Source of the DNA: Hydrolagus affinis
Taxonomy: Eukaryota
Direction: 5' to 3'
Assembly: GCA_012026655.1 (NCBI GenBank)
Contig: JAAILG010000028.1
Span: 124,001-188,000 of the forward strand
DNA: 64,000 bases
The notes beneath the pieces are model-generated. The model did not search any database. It was not told the DNA's origin and saw nothing but the letters and a program-made list of their open reading frames with translations. Both the position numbers and the translations under genes were made by a program. This document shows positions 62,117 through 64,000 of this stretch, piece by piece. Position 1 is the first letter of the stretch. Each line of letters starts with the position of its first letter.

Positions 62117-62613
62117 ACAAGCTCATACAGAACTCCGCTGCCTGTATTCTCACTCTAACTAAACTTCGCTCCCCGATTACCCCAGTCCTCACAAGATTTC
62201 ACTGGCTCCTTACACAGAACGGATCGACTTCAAGATCCTCATCCTTGTATTTAAATCTGTCCACTCCTCTGCACCCCCTCTACCTCTCTAAACCTCCTCT
62301 CTCCTCACAGCATTACCCGCTGCCTCTGATCTACTGGGTCTGGCCTCTTTCTTGTCCCCCGAATCCTCCGCTCTACCATTGGCGGCCGTGCCTTCAGCCA
62401 CGATGCCCTGAAACTCTTGAACTATCACCCTCAATCCTTTCATCTCACCCCCACCTTTTCCATTCTCAGGTCATGCCAGAAGACCTTTCTGTTTGACCGT
62501 GCCTATGGTCACCTCCCCTCCCCCTGGCTCGGCCCCAGGCTCCGCTATTGTGAAGCGCTCTGAGACGCCATCTGTCGTGGAGATTGCTGAATAAATGCAA
62601 GTTGTTGTTGTTG
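62117..62613 (+). mobile_element. L2 LINE 3' fragment
   Basis: ORF 62077-62496 contains LHKLIQNSAACILTLTKLRSPITPVLTRFHWL (cf. L2 LQxIQNSAARIL..ITPVLxxLHWLP); (ttg)n tail. Confidence 0.92.
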
Positions 62614-62809
62614 TGCTAAATGCACGACAGGCCAAATCCTCTGAGCCACCAGAAATTCCTTTGGTCAACCGACCCACACGCACTGCACAGACGCGCACAC
62701 TCAATGAGTTAATCCATTTCTCACAAAACAAAGTGCAAGTCCCAATATCAAGGCAATGATGTAAAGACAAAGCCTGCTTTGAACTCAAGAGTTTTCTGTA
62801 CTGGTCAGT

Positions 62810-63180
62810 CACTGCAACATGTCACAACATTATGCAGGCTAATGTAGCAGACAATTTACACAATGCCATGTCCCACAAAAAAAGCCATAAAATGAGTGAC
62901 CAATTATATTTTTGATGTTTGTTGGCCAGGACATGGGGGAAACTCCATTCTCTTTTCAAATCAGGTCTACGGTATCTTTAATGTTCACCTGAACAGGCAG
63001 TCGGGACCTCGGACTACACCTCATCTGAAGGATGGATGGCATCTCCAATGATACAGCACTCCCCCAGTACTGCATAGTAGCAGCAGGCTACACTAGACTA
63101 TTTGAGCCCTGGTTTGAGGCTTGAATGGACAACATACTGTCTCAGAGGCGAGAGTGCTACTAACTGAGCTAGGTTGACAC
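62810..63180 (-). mobile_element. Family C Deu-SINE, head plus Deu domain
   Basis: Ends 'ctcagaggcgagagtgctactaactgagctaggttgacac'; core 'tctttaatgttcacctgaacaggcagtcgggacctcgg...ctcatctgaaggatgg'. Confidence 0.85.
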
Positions 63181-64000
63181 CTAAATACATCCTCCAAAAG
63201 GTGAGAAATTATTGAATGACAAAAATACAATGTAGAATTATAAAATAGAATCTGAGGCGCTCCCGTTGAGAATAGAAATAGCTGTACGTGCTTTCTTTAA
63301 ATAACAAAATAATTATTCAATATCTTCCCAAGAATTTACTAAAGCCTGTGTTTAATAACCATTATATTTCACAATACAGTATTTTGAAAACACTGTAGTT
63401 CCAAATTTCGGAGAAGATTTCTCGAGGCTCAGAGAGTAAATGAAATCACTGATCAGATGGGTTTTGTAACATGACTTGAACACCTTTGACACAGAAAGGC
63501 ATATTGTTTGGAAAGTGGGACCCAAGTTCAACCAGCAGCTTAGACTAATGGGATGAAGTCTCCATCTCTGACAGCTGTTAAAGGGAAAAGGATATTCTGC
63601 AGGGAAGTAATTACAACGCAAGGTTCTTCCTCTTTGCACACTGGGAGAGTTTGGCTTGCAAAGTCTTATAAAATAGAGATGATGAGACTTATTGGGCCAT
63701 GGCCCAGATCTGAAATGTTACAATGAAGAGAGGTGTTCAGAACACATTGACAACTAGGGACAAGCAATGAGATCTCTCTCTCTCAGTATAAGCGCAGGAG
63801 GCTGCTGCACTTCACATCACCTAGTTTAGCAGAGTACCAGCTGGCTCTCAGTCTCACTTAGCCAGGACAAGGTTAGTTAATTTGTGTTGCCAGAGTAGCA
63901 GGTGTTTCTCTGATGCTGGGATGTAACCCTTAGTCTGCTGTTAGCTCAAGGGAATTCCAGGATCTCTGGTGTAGCTTTTTATTTTAAAAAAAAAGGTTTT

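Noticed and set aside
1-64000. Short ORFs in the six-frame track as host genes
   Set aside because: All are under 180 aa and many use non-ATG starts. The only recognisable peptides are L2/CR1 remnants; recurrent strings such as 'SIHFTVYSVKRFE..KCKDYYY' are translations of the SINE tail.
1-64000. CRISPR array or a prokaryotic defence/mobile system
   Set aside because: Repeats are dispersed, on both strands and irregularly spaced. There is no operon-like coding density, and the content is vertebrate retroposons.

Overview
AT-rich vertebrate genomic DNA, most likely from a cartilaginous fish. The dominant tRNA-headed SINE resembles the elephant shark (Callorhinchus milii) SINE2-1_CM as I recall it; no database was checked. 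I find no supportable host protein-coding gene, rRNA, true tRNA or CRISPR array, so the window reads as a large intron or gene desert. It is densely filled with retroposons: (A) a young ~300-bp tRNA-headed SINE, (B) an older ~400-bp relative with an extra ~65-nt CORE-like block, (C) an old Deu-domain SINE (SacSINE1/AmnSINE type), 3' fragments of L2 LINEs, decayed CR1 RT segments and 3' ends, and two Penelope-type terminal-repeat remnants, one with a degenerate hammerhead-ribozyme core. Several repeat-free, TAAT-rich blocks look like conserved non-coding elements. The most unusual signals are: repeated head-to-head SINE(-)/L2(+) fusions joined by microhomology exactly at the SINE 5' end; a pre-miRNA-sized hairpin built from two opposed CR1 tails; compensatory base-pair changes in the 3' stem-loop shared by L2 and the SINEs; and two antisense L2 insertions at nearly the same site of SINE tails. 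Element boundaries were read by eye and are approximate (about +/-10-20 bp) unless a motif is quoted.
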